In this document: positions 26,810 to 37,298 of the stretch, in pieces
Position numbering within the stretch: the first letter of the stretch is position 1
Layout: every line of letters starts with the position of its first letter
Source: Gemmatimonadales bacterium
Lineage (GTDB): Bacteria > Gemmatimonadota > Gemmatimonadetes > Gemmatimonadales > GWC2-71-9
Reading direction: 5' to 3'
Assembly: GCA_041615815.1 (NCBI GenBank)
Contig: JBFJCP010000003.1
Coordinates: 32,001-96,000, forward strand
DNA: 64,000 bases
Notes under the pieces: model-generated
What the model saw: the letters and a program-made list of their open reading frames with translations, nothing else
Told to the model about the DNA's origin: nothing
Database searches by the model: none
Translations under genes and position numbers: made by a program

Positions 26810-28150
26810 ATGCCCAGACTGCCCATGCTCCGCACCGCTATCCCGGCGCTCCTCCTGGCCGTTTCCTTCCTCGGCTGTCGCGGCGACGCCACAGACCCCC
26901 GGGACCACGGGAGATTGACCTTTGCTGTGGCACCACTGTTTGAGAGTGCCGCCGCCGGCATCGTGGACATCGACCGCATCCAGATCGTGCTGGTTCGCTA
27001 CAGCGACGAATCGATCGTCCTGGACACGATCATCGACATCCCGGACGGGACCGACGAGGTCCAGCTGGATATCTCCGTCGAGCTGGAAAGCCCCGACGAG
27101 TTCTTCTTTTTGACGCTCACGCTGATCGATCCCCAGGGTCAGGTGGCGTTCATCGGCGGCCCCATCGACGTGTTCCCGGTCACCGGCGGCCAGCAACCGC
27201 CGACGATCGAGGTCCCCTTGCAATATGTCGGTGTGGGGGCCAATGCCGTGGCCGTCGTCGTGACACCGACCGACATGGTGGGACAGGTGGGCTTCGTCTT
27301 GCTGGACTTTGGCCAGTCGGTGACGTTGGAAGCGGTCGCCATCGATGCCAACCAGACGCCGATTCCGGGTACGCCGATTGGGTTTCGGTCGCTGGATCCC
27401 GCGTTGGTATCGGTGCCGGATGAAGGCGTTCCGACCATCGTGGGAGGCAGTACGCGAGGCTCGGCGGGGGTGGTGGCGGAGTTGTTGACCGGCCCGACCT
27501 TCACGATGCCGGTGGTAGTAGGAGCGGTCGACCCGCTGGGCGACACCTTCGAGACGACCGCCTCGGACGGACTCGTGGTACCGGACATCATCCAGTTCGG
27601 TGGGCTGAGCGACGGCACCCAGTTTCTGTTCATCGGCATCGAGTTCGAGGATGTCGTGAGTACCATTTTCGACGGCGGGACCAATACAGTGGTGGGGTTC
27701 ATCGACATCGACGTGGACCAAGATCCGGCAACCGGAGCGCAGCCCTTAACCGATGCATTCCGCCAGGACGGGGGCTCGGCGAATCTCGGTATCGAGTATT
27801 ACGTCAACCTCCAGACCACCGACGAATTCGGCCAATACCCGATCGAGCAGGTCAACCCGGACCAGACGACCACTATCGTGGGCTATGTGCCACCGGACCT
27901 CAGCGACCCGTTTACGCTCTTCTTGACGATTCCCCTGGCGCTGCTTGGGAATGACGACGGCAACGTGAACCTCGCAACCGTCCTGGGAACTCAGCCCGAA
28001 CCCACGGATATTTCACCCGATGGTTCGGGTAACTTCTCGGTGCGCGCCATCAATTCGGCGGCACCGATTTCGTCCCCCGCTCGCACGGTCACGATCACCC
28101 CAAGGCCCCTCGTGCGCCCCTGGGACCACGTAGCCAGACGTCAGCAATAG
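26810..28150 (+). CDS. Hypothetical acidic lipoprotein with Ig-like domains
   Basis: Lipobox SFLG-C, Ig-like segment (GQSVTLEAVAIDANQ...FRSLDPALVSV), Asp-rich C-terminal domain. Confidence 0.65.
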   Translation: MPRLPMLRTAIPALLLAVSFLGCRGDATDPRDHGRLTFAVAPLFESAAAGIVDIDRIQIVLVRYSDESIVLDTIIDIPDGTDEVQLDISVELESPDEFFFLTLTLIDPQGQVAFIGGPIDVFPVTGGQQPPTIEVPLQYVGVGANAVAVVVTPTDMVGQVGFVLLDFGQSVTLEAVAIDANQTPIPGTPIGFRSLDPALVSVPDEGVPTIVGGSTRGSAGVVAELLTGPTFTMPVVVGAVDPLGDTFETTASDGLVVPDIIQFGGLSDGTQFLFIGIEFEDVVSTIFDGGTNTVVGFIDIDVDQDPATGAQPLTDAFRQDGGSANLGIEYYVNLQTTDEFGQYPIEQVNPDQTTTIVGYVPPDLSDPFTLFLTIPLALLGNDDGNVNLATVLGTQPEPTDISPDGSGNFSVRAINSAAPISSPARTVTITPRPLVRPWDHVARRQQ

Positions 28151-28171
28151 GGCCCAGCCCGAGCGCGGGCG

Positions 28172-29278
28172 CTACGCGCGCCGATAGCTCATCGCCTCCA
28201 CCACCCGGGCCTTGGCCATGGCCACCGCCGCCACACGCGGCATCACGTGATCGGAGCGCGCACGCTCCAAGACCTCGGACGTGTTGTCCCGAATGCTGTC
28301 CTCGATCGTGACCATCGCCTGGCCCTCCGTCCCCCCACCGTACTCCACCGCTGCGCAGATCACGCCACCCGCATTCGCGATGAAATCGGGAACGCTCACG
28401 ATCCCCTGTTCGTGCATCCACCGCTCGGCACCTTCGGTGGCGGGAATGTTCGCACCCTGCAGCACCAGCCTCGCCTTGAGCCGACGTACGTTGTCCTCGT
28501 GCAGCACGTCGGGCCGCGCGGCGGGTATCCAAATGTCGCACTCCACGGCGATCAGCTCGTCCCGTTCCAACCCACGCCCGCCGGGAAACGTGTGGACGGG
28601 TGAGTCCGCATCCTTGTGGGCGATCAGCGCCGCGACATCCAGTCCCTCGGGATCCACGACGGCGCCCCGACTGTCCGAAGCGGCTACCAAGGTGGCCCCC
28701 CGCTTCATGAGGCATCGGGCGGCGTGTTTCCCCACGGCGCCAAAACCCTGAACCGCGACTCGCGCGCCTTGCAGCTCGATCCCGGCCACGGGGGCCGCCA
28801 CTTCGGCCGCCACCGCGAGCCCGAACCCCGTCGCTCCGATCTCATCCAAGGGAATGCCGCCGAGCACCTGCGGAAGCCCCACCACCCGGCCAATCTCATC
28901 CTGCACCCATGCCATGCACTCCTCATCCGTTCCCATGTCCGGGCCCGGGATGTAGTCCTCCAGATCCCGAATCGCGCGCGCAAACGTCCGCATCACCATC
29001 TCCTTGCACTCGCGCTCCACCGTCGGGTCTGCCAGGATCCCAGCCTTCCCGCCACCGTGGGCCAGCCCAGCGGCTGCATTCTTGAAGGTCATGGCGCGGG
29101 CCAGACGCCCTACCTCCTCCGCCGTCACGTCGGGCGCCATGCGGATGCCACCCACCGCCGGGCCGCAGGCGATGTTGTCGACCACCACCACCGCCTCGAG
29201 TCCCGAGCGGGGCTCCCGAACGGCGAGCACCTTGAATGGGCCGAACTCGTCTCTCGATCCGTGCATTGCCAGATCCAT
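28172..29278 (-). CDS. Glu/Leu/Phe/Val dehydrogenase
   Basis: GPAVGGIR, LARAMTFK, GGGKAG, PGPDMGT, ATGFG, VQGFGAVG, QGAN, PDFIANAGGV. Confidence 0.93.
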   Translation of the reverse strand: MDLAMHGSRDEFGPFKVLAVREPRSGLEAVVVVDNIACGPAVGGIRMAPDVTAEEVGRLARAMTFKNAAAGLAHGGGKAGILADPTVERECKEMVMRTFARAIRDLEDYIPGPDMGTDEECMAWVQDEIGRVVGLPQVLGGIPLDEIGATGFGLAVAAEVAAPVAGIELQGARVAVQGFGAVGKHAARCLMKRGATLVAASDSRGAVVDPEGLDVAALIAHKDADSPVHTFPGGRGLERDELIAVECDIWIPAARPDVLHEDNVRRLKARLVLQGANIPATEGAERWMHEQGIVSVPDFIANAGGVICAAVEYGGGTEGQAMVTIEDSIRDNTSEVLERARSDHVMPRVAAVAMAKARVVEAMSYRRA

Positions 29279-29513
29279 GGATGGCCTGCCTCCTCGAGAG
29301 CCAGCGCCTCGGGGTAGTTCGCGTTCAAACGCCCCACCCCGCTCCACATGTACCCCACGCTGCCTGCCGGTGGATGAAAGCACAGTGAAGTCCCCCACAG
29401 AAGATCATCCCCGGTCCCACGGAGGACCCTGCATTGGAGGACCACCTTCGACGTGCCGGTACGCGAGCAGTCCACGCGTGGTGCGCGCTTCGCGTGTTGG
29501 CCAGTCCGTCTCG

Positions 29514-31067
29514 TTACACAGGCCGATCCAGACTCCGATACTGCACGGCCTCGCTCAGGTGGGCGGATTCGATGGTCTCGCGGTCTGCGAGATCGGCAAT
29601 GGTGCGGGAGATCTTGAGGATACGATGATACGCTCGTGCCGAAAGCCGGAGGCGCCCGATAGCCATCTTGAGCAGTCCATCCGCTTCGTCCCCAAGTCCA
29701 CAAAACCGGCGGAGCTCACGGGGCGCCATGTGGGCGTTGGCAAAGAGACCCGGACGGCCCGCAAACCGGGCGAGCTGGCGCCGGCGGGCCCGGTTCACCC
29801 GCTCTCGAATCACGCTGCTTGTTTCGCCGCTCCGCTCGCACGAGAGCTCGCGATGGGGAACCGCCGGCACCTCTACGTGGATATCGATCCGGTCGAGGAG
29901 CGGCCCGGAGAGTCGTGAGAGATACCGACCCACTTCCAACGGATTGCACGAGCACGGGTGCCCTGGATCGGCGTGGTGCCCGCACGGACACGGGTTCATC
30001 GCGGCGGCGAGCATGAAGCGCGCGGGGTAGCAGAGCGTCGTGACGGCCCGGGAAATGGTGACGACGTGATCCTCGAGCGGCTGCCGTAGCACCTCCAGCA
30101 CGTGTTTGCGAAACTCGGGAAGCTCGTCGAGAAACAGCACGCCGCCATGGGCGAGGCTCACCTCGCCCGGCCGTGGGAACGAGCCGCCACCAATCAGTCC
30201 CGCGTCGCTGATCGTGTGATGAGGCGAGCGAAAGGGCCGCATGGTCACCAGTGGCTGCCCTGGCGGCAGCACTCCGGCCACGCTGTGGATCTTGGTCGTC
30301 TCCAACGCCTCTTCGAGCGTCATCTCGGGCAGAATCGTGGAGAGACGCCGGGCGAGCATCGTCTTTCCAGATCCCGGCGGGCCAATGAGCAGCACGTTGT
30401 GACCACCGGCTGCAGCGACTTCCAGCGCCCGCTTCGCGTGTTCCTGGCCGCGGACCTCCGCAAAGTCGACCGCATCCGGCGCCGCCCGGCCAAACAGGCT
30501 CGCGGTGTCGACCAGGGCGCGCCGCAACCTCCCACCTCGACCAAAGAACGCGACCGCATCAGCCAACGAGCCCGCCCCCAACACCTCGATGTCGGCAACC
30601 ACGCCCGCCTCCTCGAGATTGGGCTCGGGCACGATGACCCCCCGATACCCCGCGGCCTTGGCCCGGACCGCCACCGGCAACGCGCCGCGAACCGGACGGA
30701 CCGCCCCCTCCAGCCCCAACTCGCCCAGAACGAGATACTCCGCAAAGCGCTGTCGGGATGACCGCGCATCCGCCGGCCCACCGATCTGTCCCGTGGCCGC
30801 GAGAATACCCAGCGCAATCGGCAGATCGAACGCAGATCCGTCTTTCCGGACGTCGGCTGGGGCGAGATTGACGGTGATCCGCTTGAGGGGAAACTCGTAT
30901 CCGGAGTTGGCGATGGCGGCCCCCACACGTTCTCGCCCCTCTTTCACGGCTCCCTGCGGCAGACCGACCGTGGTGAACGAGGGGAGACCGTTGGCGATGT
31001 CCGCTTCGACATCGACCAGGTACGCGTCGATCCCGAGGACCGCCGCCGAGCGGACACGCGCCAGCAT
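29514..31067 (-). CDS. comM: YifB/ComM Mg-chelatase-like AAA+ ATPase
   Basis: VGLP, ITVNLAPAD..K.G..FDLPIA, GPPGSGKTMLA, RPFRSPHH, PGEVSLAH.GVLFLDE, AMNPCPCG, SGPLLDRID. Confidence 0.95.
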   Translation of the reverse strand: MLARVRSAAVLGIDAYLVDVEADIANGLPSFTTVGLPQGAVKEGRERVGAAIANSGYEFPLKRITVNLAPADVRKDGSAFDLPIALGILAATGQIGGPADARSSRQRFAEYLVLGELGLEGAVRPVRGALPVAVRAKAAGYRGVIVPEPNLEEAGVVADIEVLGAGSLADAVAFFGRGGRLRRALVDTASLFGRAAPDAVDFAEVRGQEHAKRALEVAAAGGHNVLLIGPPGSGKTMLARRLSTILPEMTLEEALETTKIHSVAGVLPPGQPLVTMRPFRSPHHTISDAGLIGGGSFPRPGEVSLAHGGVLFLDELPEFRKHVLEVLRQPLEDHVVTISRAVTTLCYPARFMLAAAMNPCPCGHHADPGHPCSCNPLEVGRYLSRLSGPLLDRIDIHVEVPAVPHRELSCERSGETSSVIRERVNRARRRQLARFAGRPGLFANAHMAPRELRRFCGLGDEADGLLKMAIGRLRLSARAYHRILKISRTIADLADRETIESAHLSEAVQYRSLDRPV

Positions 31068-31151
31068 GTCGATAGGCTAGCGGCATCTCGCCTTCGGGCG
31101 GAATCCGCCTGACGCAGCCTGGGCCTCATTCACGCGGTGCCAGGGCAGGCA

Positions 31152-31709
31152 TCACCAATCCCGAGCGGCAACGAAATCGACCAACGCCGTAACGCGCCGA
31201 TCGACCGACCCCCGGAGCTCCAGCACGTGCACTCCGTATTCGTCCATCAAGGTCCGCAAGCGGTCCGAGACGGCTGCCTGATAGACCGGGTCGATTGCCC
31301 GCTCGCCGTCCGGCACCGGTCGAAACTCCACGGGCAGGAAACCATAGGCATCGAAGAAGCGCGTCTCATGCCGAACGATCTCGGCCAACAGGTCCACGAG
31401 CTCGACCGGAATGGCGGGGTCGTCGTTGACCAGAACGTAGGCCAAGAGGTCGATCAGCGACCGATCCGACAGCAGGAGCGGCGCTTCAAACGCGCTTCGC
31501 TCGGCCGCGAGCTGTTGGCGGATGTACAAGAGGTAGGATGAGACCGTCGCACCACGATCCAGGGCATATCCCGCCGCCAGGACCTGACGGGCAACCTCCC
31601 CGATCATGGTGGGCTGACGGCCGGCCGCCCGGAGACGCGGGATGGCGGCCTCGATCAGCGTCGTCTTCCCGGTGGAAAAGGCGCCGGAGATGGAAAGGCG
31701 GACGGTCAT
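31152..31709 (-). CDS. AAA_28 (NadR/Ttd14-like) P-loop nucleotide kinase-fold protein
   Basis: ISGAFSTGKTTL, EVARQV, SDRSLIDLLAY, DGER, LRGSVDRRV. Confidence 0.75.
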   Translation of the reverse strand: MTVRLSISGAFSTGKTTLIEAAIPRLRAAGRQPTMIGEVARQVLAAGYALDRGATVSSYLLYIRQQLAAERSAFEAPLLLSDRSLIDLLAYVLVNDDPAIPVELVDLLAEIVRHETRFFDAYGFLPVEFRPVPDGERAIDPVYQAAVSDRLRTLMDEYGVHVLELRGSVDRRVTALVDFVAARDW

Positions 31710-31839
31710 GGTCGATGACGCGTTCGCGCGCGCACAGCACCAGGAACCATGCACGAAAGTGCGCTCGGGGCCACCCTCGGGACAACCCACCTGCCGCGGC
31801 CGGTAGCGCGGCGACACGGAGCGTTGTATCGATCAGGGC

Positions 31840-32286
31840 ATGACCGACATCCCGCTGAAGCGCCTGCACGACGATGCCACGCTCCCGACGCGCGCCACCG
31901 CCGGAGCTTACGGGTATGACCTCGCGACGGCGGACGAGGTCGCCATCGGCCCCCGCGAAACGACGATCGTGGAATGCGGTTTTCAGCTAGCTCACGACCT
32001 GCCCATCGGCGAAGCGGCCGGTTTGGCCATGATGATTCTGCCGCGGTCGAGCTTGCCCCTGAAACACGGACTCATCCTGCCCAACGCACCTGGATTGGTG
32101 GACGCCGATTACAGTGGCCCCATCGGTATCATTGTGCACAACCTCCGTGAACAGCCGGTCCGGTTAGCAGCGGGCACGCGTATCGCGCAGGCAGTCTTCG
32201 TCCAGCTCCACCTGCCCACGCTGCGAGAGGTCGATGAGGCCACCCCGGGGCGCGCCCGCGGCGGCTTCGGCTCCACGGGAAGCTGA
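31840..32286 (+). CDS. dut: Trimeric dUTP diphosphatase
   Basis: All five motifs present: GYDL, PRSSL, GLVDADYSG, RIAQ, RGGFGSTG. Confidence 0.93.
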   Translation: MTDIPLKRLHDDATLPTRATAGAYGYDLATADEVAIGPRETTIVECGFQLAHDLPIGEAAGLAMMILPRSSLPLKHGLILPNAPGLVDADYSGPIGIIVHNLREQPVRLAAGTRIAQAVFVQLHLPTLREVDEATPGRARGGFGSTGS

Positions 32287-32345
32287 CCAGGGCCTTCTTC
32301 GGCCTCACGCCGCCCGTCCCGGCTGCCTCCGTTGCCTCCGTTCAG

Positions 32346-32783
32346 TTATTCATTTGGCGGCGGCGGTTCTCCCGGAGGCTGTGTTGCCGGTCCATAGTTG
32401 TAGATCGCGTCCTTGTGCTCGCCGCACGCTTCGGTAAATGTCGGGTCCGCGGGCGGGTCTGGATGACGTTCGCTGAACCGCCGGTTCCCTTCCGCCCAGG
32501 CTGAGAAGAAAGCCTCTTTGCTCTCCGCCAACCACCAGAACACGAGATTCCATTCGTCCGCCCAGTCGTGGGTCAGGACACCGGCACTCGTCAGCATTCC
32601 CTCGTCTACCAACTCCTGATTGATCGGCACGCTGAGCGAGTCATAGCGCTGTACCAGCGTCCCCATGTGCGCCCAATCGCACTTCCAGTACGCCACCACC
32701 AAGGTCTGCGCCGGTGCCTGCTGGGCTTGAGCGCCGGGCACGACGGCCGCTGCCACGAACAGCACCCCCAACATCGATCGCAT
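32346..32783 (-). CDS. Hypothetical secreted protein
   Basis: Signal peptide (..VPGAQA-QQ); GGAGG SD upstream. Confidence 0.7.
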   Translation of the reverse strand: MRSMLGVLFVAAAVVPGAQAQQAPAQTLVVAYWKCDWAHMGTLVQRYDSLSVPINQELVDEGMLTSAGVLTHDWADEWNLVFWWLAESKEAFFSAWAEGNRRFSERHPDPPADPTFTEACGEHKDAIYNYGPATQPPGEPPPPNE

Positions 32784-32890
32784 GCAATTCCTCCGAAGGT
32801 TGGGTAGCGCCGTGAGCTACGTTCGGTAGCTTACTCTTGCCTTACCGTGTTTGCAGCCACTCGACACGCAGACTCTGCCGCGAGGATTCC

Positions 32891-35401
32891 ATGCCGACCC
32901 GATCGTTGCTTGCTGGTGTCGCGCGCACGTTGCTGGCGTTCACGCTCATGGTGGCCGTCACCGCGGCCCCGGTTGAACCGCAGGAACAGGCCGCCCCCCC
33001 TCCGTCGATCCAGGACAAGACCAAAGGAATGACCCACTTCGAGGGCTTCTTCGACCTCTTTTGGGATGAAGGCGCAGGAAAACTCTATTGGGCCATCGAC
33101 CGGTGGGACACCGAGTTTCTCTATCAGGTGTCACTCCCGAGCGGCCTCGGCAGCAATCCCGTGGGATTGGACCGCGGTCAACTCGGTTGGACGGCGATTC
33201 TCGAGGCGCGGCGTGTGGGTCCCACCGTTCTACTCGTCGAGCCCAATTACCGCTACCGCGCCACGAGCACCAATCCGGACGAAGTGCGGGCCGTGCGCGA
33301 CGCCTTCGCCCCATCGACCCACTGGGGATTCCCGGTCGCGGCCGCGACCGGTACCCGTGTGCTCGTGGACGCTACGGAGTTCTTTCTCCGCGACGCCCAC
33401 GGCATCGTGAAGCGTCTCCAGGACACCGGACAGGGCTCCTTCGAGCTCGACCGCAGTCGGAGCGTGGTCCATCTCCCACGAACCAAGGCGTTTCCCCGAA
33501 ACACCGAGGTGGAAGCGTCGCTGACGTTCACCAGTGAGGAACCGGGCCCCCTCGTCCGAAGCACGGCGGCGAGCGGCGAGGCCGTGACGCTCCGCGTGCG
33601 CCACTCACTCGTGGAGCTCCCCGAGCCTGGGTACACACCGCGACGCGCCGATCCGCGTGTCGGCTCTTTTGGCATCACATTCTACGACTATGCGACGGCC
33701 ATCGATGAGCCACTGGCAGTTCGCTGGATCGCACGGCATCGACTCGAGAAACGCGAGCCCACGGCGGCCCAGTCCCAGGCCGTCGAGCCCATCGTGTACT
33801 ACCTCGACCCGGGAACGCCAGAACCGATCCGCAGCGCCCTCATCGAGGGGGGTGCCTGGTGGAACGAGGCGTTCGCTGAGGCGGGTTTCATCGATGCCTT
33901 TCGCGTCGAAGTCCTCCCCGAGGGCGCCGATCCCATGGACCTGCGGTACAACATGATTCACTGGACGCACCGCTCGACTCGCGGGTGGTCGTACGGATCC
34001 AACGTCACCGACCCGCGCACCGGCGAGATCCTCAAGGGCAATGTGAATCTCGGCAGTCTCCGTCTTCGGCAGGACTATCTCTTGGGCGTGGGACTCGCCC
34101 AGCCCACGGCCGCGGAATTCGGGATGTGCGATCTCGGTGGCGGACCCACATTCTCGTATCTGGCCGATGTGGCCGATGGCGCCGATCCCGTGGCCATGGC
34201 GCTGGCTCGGGTTCGTCAGCTCTCGGCCCATGAGATCGGTCACACCTTGGGTTTGGCGCACAACTACATCGCCAGCACCTACGGGCGCGCGAGCGTGATG
34301 GACTACCCCGCCCCACTCGTCCAAATCACCGCGGACCGAACGCTCGATCTCTCGAACGCCTACGGCGTGGGTATCGGGGAGTACGACAAGTTCGCGGTCA
34401 AGTGGGCCTATAGCGTACCGCCGGGCGGTGTGGACGAAGCCGCCTTTCTCGAGGGGATCGTGCAAGACGGTTTGCGCAGAGGAATCCGGTTTCTCACGGA
34501 CCAGGATGCGCGGCCGGCCGGCGGCGCCCATCCGCTCGCCGGCTTGTGGGACAACGGGGACGACCCGATCGCCATGCTCCGCCACGAGATGGAGGTGAGA
34601 CGCATCGGGCTCGAGAGATTCTCCGATCGCTCGATCCGGCCCGGCGATCCCCTGGCGAGTCTGGAAGAAGTGCTGGTTCCCCTCTTCTTCCACCACCGCT
34701 ACCAAGTCGAGGCAGCGGCCAAGAGTATCGGCGGAGTAGACTATAGCTTCGCTCTGCGAGGGGATGGACAAACACCGCTGACCATCGTGGCACCCGACCG
34801 CCAGCTCGCCGCGCTCGACGCTGTATTGCAGACCGTGACGCCACAGGCGTTGGCCATTCCCGAACGCATTCTGCAGCAAATTCCCCCGCGCGCGTTCTTC
34901 ATGGCGTCAGGCGAGACCTTCGCCACTCGCACCGCCCCCACGTTTGATCCGCTAGGGGCCGCCGCCACGGCTGCCGAGTTGTCGCTGGGATTCGTATTCC
35001 AGCCACAGCGCATGGCACGGGTGGTGGAGCATCACAGCCGGGACGCGCGGTACCCGTCTCTCGAGACGGTCGTGGACCGTGTTCTTCGCGCCACTTGGCG
35101 CAGTCCCCGACCGACGAACGCGTACCACGCCGAGGTTGGGCGCACCGTCGAGCGCGTCGTTCTGGACCTCATGATGCAGCAGGCTGGAAACGGTAATAAC
35201 ACGACGCAGGTTCGGGCGATTCTCGAGAGCAAGCTCGCGGAGCTCGGCGAGTGGATCGATACCCAAGCCCGCGTGTCACCTCACCAGCAGCTGGCTCGCG
35301 ATGACATCACGCGCTGGCAGTCGCGCCCCGAGGGTATCACCTCCCCCAGCGCGCCCCCCGAGGCGCCACCGGGAAGCCCCATCGGCGTCCGACCGAACTG
35401 A
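32891..35401 (+). CDS. Secreted zinc-dependent metalloprotease (DUF5117/DUF4953-type metzincin)
   Basis: Signal peptide, R.ADPRVG.F, PIVYYLD, DPRTGEILK, HEIGHTLGLAHN, Met-turn SVMDY. Confidence 0.9.
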   Translation: MPTRSLLAGVARTLLAFTLMVAVTAAPVEPQEQAAPPPSIQDKTKGMTHFEGFFDLFWDEGAGKLYWAIDRWDTEFLYQVSLPSGLGSNPVGLDRGQLGWTAILEARRVGPTVLLVEPNYRYRATSTNPDEVRAVRDAFAPSTHWGFPVAAATGTRVLVDATEFFLRDAHGIVKRLQDTGQGSFELDRSRSVVHLPRTKAFPRNTEVEASLTFTSEEPGPLVRSTAASGEAVTLRVRHSLVELPEPGYTPRRADPRVGSFGITFYDYATAIDEPLAVRWIARHRLEKREPTAAQSQAVEPIVYYLDPGTPEPIRSALIEGGAWWNEAFAEAGFIDAFRVEVLPEGADPMDLRYNMIHWTHRSTRGWSYGSNVTDPRTGEILKGNVNLGSLRLRQDYLLGVGLAQPTAAEFGMCDLGGGPTFSYLADVADGADPVAMALARVRQLSAHEIGHTLGLAHNYIASTYGRASVMDYPAPLVQITADRTLDLSNAYGVGIGEYDKFAVKWAYSVPPGGVDEAAFLEGIVQDGLRRGIRFLTDQDARPAGGAHPLAGLWDNGDDPIAMLRHEMEVRRIGLERFSDRSIRPGDPLASLEEVLVPLFFHHRYQVEAAAKSIGGVDYSFALRGDGQTPLTIVAPDRQLAALDAVLQTVTPQALAIPERILQQIPPRAFFMASGETFATRTAPTFDPLGAAATAAELSLGFVFQPQRMARVVEHHSRDARYPSLETVVDRVLRATWRSPRPTNAYHAEVGRTVERVVLDLMMQQAGNGNNTTQVRAILESKLAELGEWIDTQARVSPHQQLARDDITRWQSRPEGITSPSAPPEAPPGSPIGVRPN

Positions 35402-35404
35402 CGC

Positions 35405-36424
35405 ATGCCATCGGCCTCGTCTCCCACGGCAGGATCGTCCGGCCAGGGAAGTGCCAGCTGGCCGGACGGATTCCCGCGTCCGGTCGTCGTCATCAGCAAG
35501 TGTCTCGAGCTCGATGCCTGCCGCTATAACGGCCAGGCGATCCGCGCCCCGTTCATCCTGCAACTCGAGCCGTTTGTCGAGCTCAAGCCAACATGTCCGG
35601 AGGTCGAGATTGGACTGGGAATTCCACGGGATCCCATTCGGCTGGTGACGCTCGAGGGAAAGCTCGAGCTCGTGCAACCCTCGACGGGAAAGAATCTCAC
35701 GCGGTCCATGCGGTCCTTCAGCACCGATTATCTGGCCTCGGTGGGCGAGGTCGATGGATTCGTGTTGAAGAGTCGGTCACCGTCGTGTGGTATCAAAGAC
35801 ACCAAGGTCCATTCAGGAGGCGAGACGCCCAACCCCATCGGCAAGGGCGCCGGCATGTTTGGCGCCGCCGTCCTCGAGCGGTTCCCAAATGCGGCGGTCG
35901 AGGACGAGGGACGCCTTACGAATCTCCGGATACGGCACCATTGGTTGACCAAGCTGTTCGCCAGGGCCGCGTTCCGGGAGGTGCAGCGCCGACGCTCCAT
36001 GGCCGAGCTGGTCCGTTTCCAAACGGCCAACAAGTTCGTTTTGATGGCCTACCACCAAACCGAGCTGCGCCACCTCGGCCGCATCGTTGCCAACCCGGAT
36101 AAGCGCCCCATCGACGATGTGCTGGCGGCGTACGACGAACATTTCAGTCATGCGCTCGCGCACCCGGCCCGACGCAAGTCACATATCAACGTCTTGATGC
36201 ATGCGATGGGATACTTTTCGGATGGGCTCTCTCGAGACGAGAAGGCGTTCTTTTTGGATGCGTTGGAGGTGTACCGCGAGGGAAGGGAGACGCTCACGGG
36301 TCCGCTCGCCGTCATGCAGGCGTGGATAACCCGATTCGGACAGGATTACCTGGCCGGCCAGCGATATTTCGCTCCCTATCCTCGCGAGCTGCGTGATCTC
36401 CGCGATTCCGGCCGCGGCAGCTGA
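35405..36424 (+). CDS. DUF523 (TudS-like) + DUF1722 (YbgA) fusion protein
   Basis: ISKCL...CRYNG, CPEVEIGLGIPR, LKSRSPSCG, EDEGRL, HINVLMHAMGYF, QRYFAPYP. Confidence 0.88.
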   Translation: MPSASSPTAGSSGQGSASWPDGFPRPVVVISKCLELDACRYNGQAIRAPFILQLEPFVELKPTCPEVEIGLGIPRDPIRLVTLEGKLELVQPSTGKNLTRSMRSFSTDYLASVGEVDGFVLKSRSPSCGIKDTKVHSGGETPNPIGKGAGMFGAAVLERFPNAAVEDEGRLTNLRIRHHWLTKLFARAAFREVQRRRSMAELVRFQTANKFVLMAYHQTELRHLGRIVANPDKRPIDDVLAAYDEHFSHALAHPARRKSHINVLMHAMGYFSDGLSRDEKAFFLDALEVYREGRETLTGPLAVMQAWITRFGQDYLAGQRYFAPYPRELRDLRDSGRGS

Positions 36425-36479
36425 GTCCGTCCTCGTACCCTCGTAGCCCCTGTCCCCCAAAAACCCCTGATTCCAACTC

Positions 36480-37298
36480 CTAGCCCCGCCCCGCTTCCCG
36501 CTCCATCAGCGTCGTCCACGATTCTCGTACTAGCCCTGCGTCGCGACTCACGACCGGTTTCAAGTCGACGTCGCCGTCCACGATCTCCACGTAGTGCGGT
36601 CGGAACATCCAGCTCCCCGTGTTCAGGTACATCGCAGCCTTTCCGATCCGCGCCGACCCGATCTTGTGGGTATGTCCGAAGATGACATAATCGAACCCCC
36701 GCCGGGACACTCGCTCCGCCGCATCACGAAACGCCGGAGCTTCCCCAGGAATGAAATCCGCTTCGTTCCCCTCGACGGTAGCCTTGGCGCTGCGTCTGAG
36801 ACTCAGCAGGAACTCCTTCGAGCGGTCCAACGCATGATAGACCCGGGGGTGGATCCGAAGTGCCAACCCACCCAGCAACGTGAGGGCCTCGTAGATCCGC
36901 GGGAATCGCACAAACATGTCGTCGTACAGGTGCCCATGCTCGATCCGAATCCGGGAATCACCAGAGACGACGTTGAGAAACGGCACCACGCGAATGATCT
37001 CCCAATCGTCCAGAAAGTGCTCCAGCACGATATCGTGGTTGCCCACGACGTAGTACACTTTGAGACCCTGACGTACGAACTTCTGCAGGAGAATGGTGCT
37101 CGCGGCGAGATCGCGGGAGATTTGCATGATCGACGTCTGCATGATGTCCACGCCGTCGCCGTTGATACAGAGGCTGAAACGGTGCTCCAGCGCGTATTTG
37201 AGAAACTCGATGAACGGTTGGCGCGCCCGAAACAGGCGATTCCCCAGGTGCACGTCCGAGACGACCAGGAGGCGGGATTCCGAGATGGTTGTCTTCAT
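36480..37298 (-). CDS. Calcineurin-like metallophosphoesterase (LpxH-like scaffold, GNHD variant)
   Basis: SDVHLG, NGDGVD, VGNHD, EHGH, FGHTH, YLNTGSW. Confidence 0.85.
   Translation of the reverse strand: MKTTISESRLLVVSDVHLGNRLFRARQPFIEFLKYALEHRFSLCINGDGVDIMQTSIMQISRDLAASTILLQKFVRQGLKVYYVVGNHDIVLEHFLDDWEIIRVVPFLNVVSGDSRIRIEHGHLYDDMFVRFPRIYEALTLLGGLALRIHPRVYHALDRSKEFLLSLRRSAKATVEGNEADFIPGEAPAFRDAAERVSRRGFDYVIFGHTHKIGSARIGKAAMYLNTGSWMFRPHYVEIVDGDVDLKPVVSRDAGLVRESWTTLMEREAGRG

Noticed and set aside
29514..32783. Prophage or island inserted at comM (a common integration hotspot), given the dut and AAA_28 genes
   Set aside because: comM is intact, and no integrase, att-like repeats or phage structural genes are visible.
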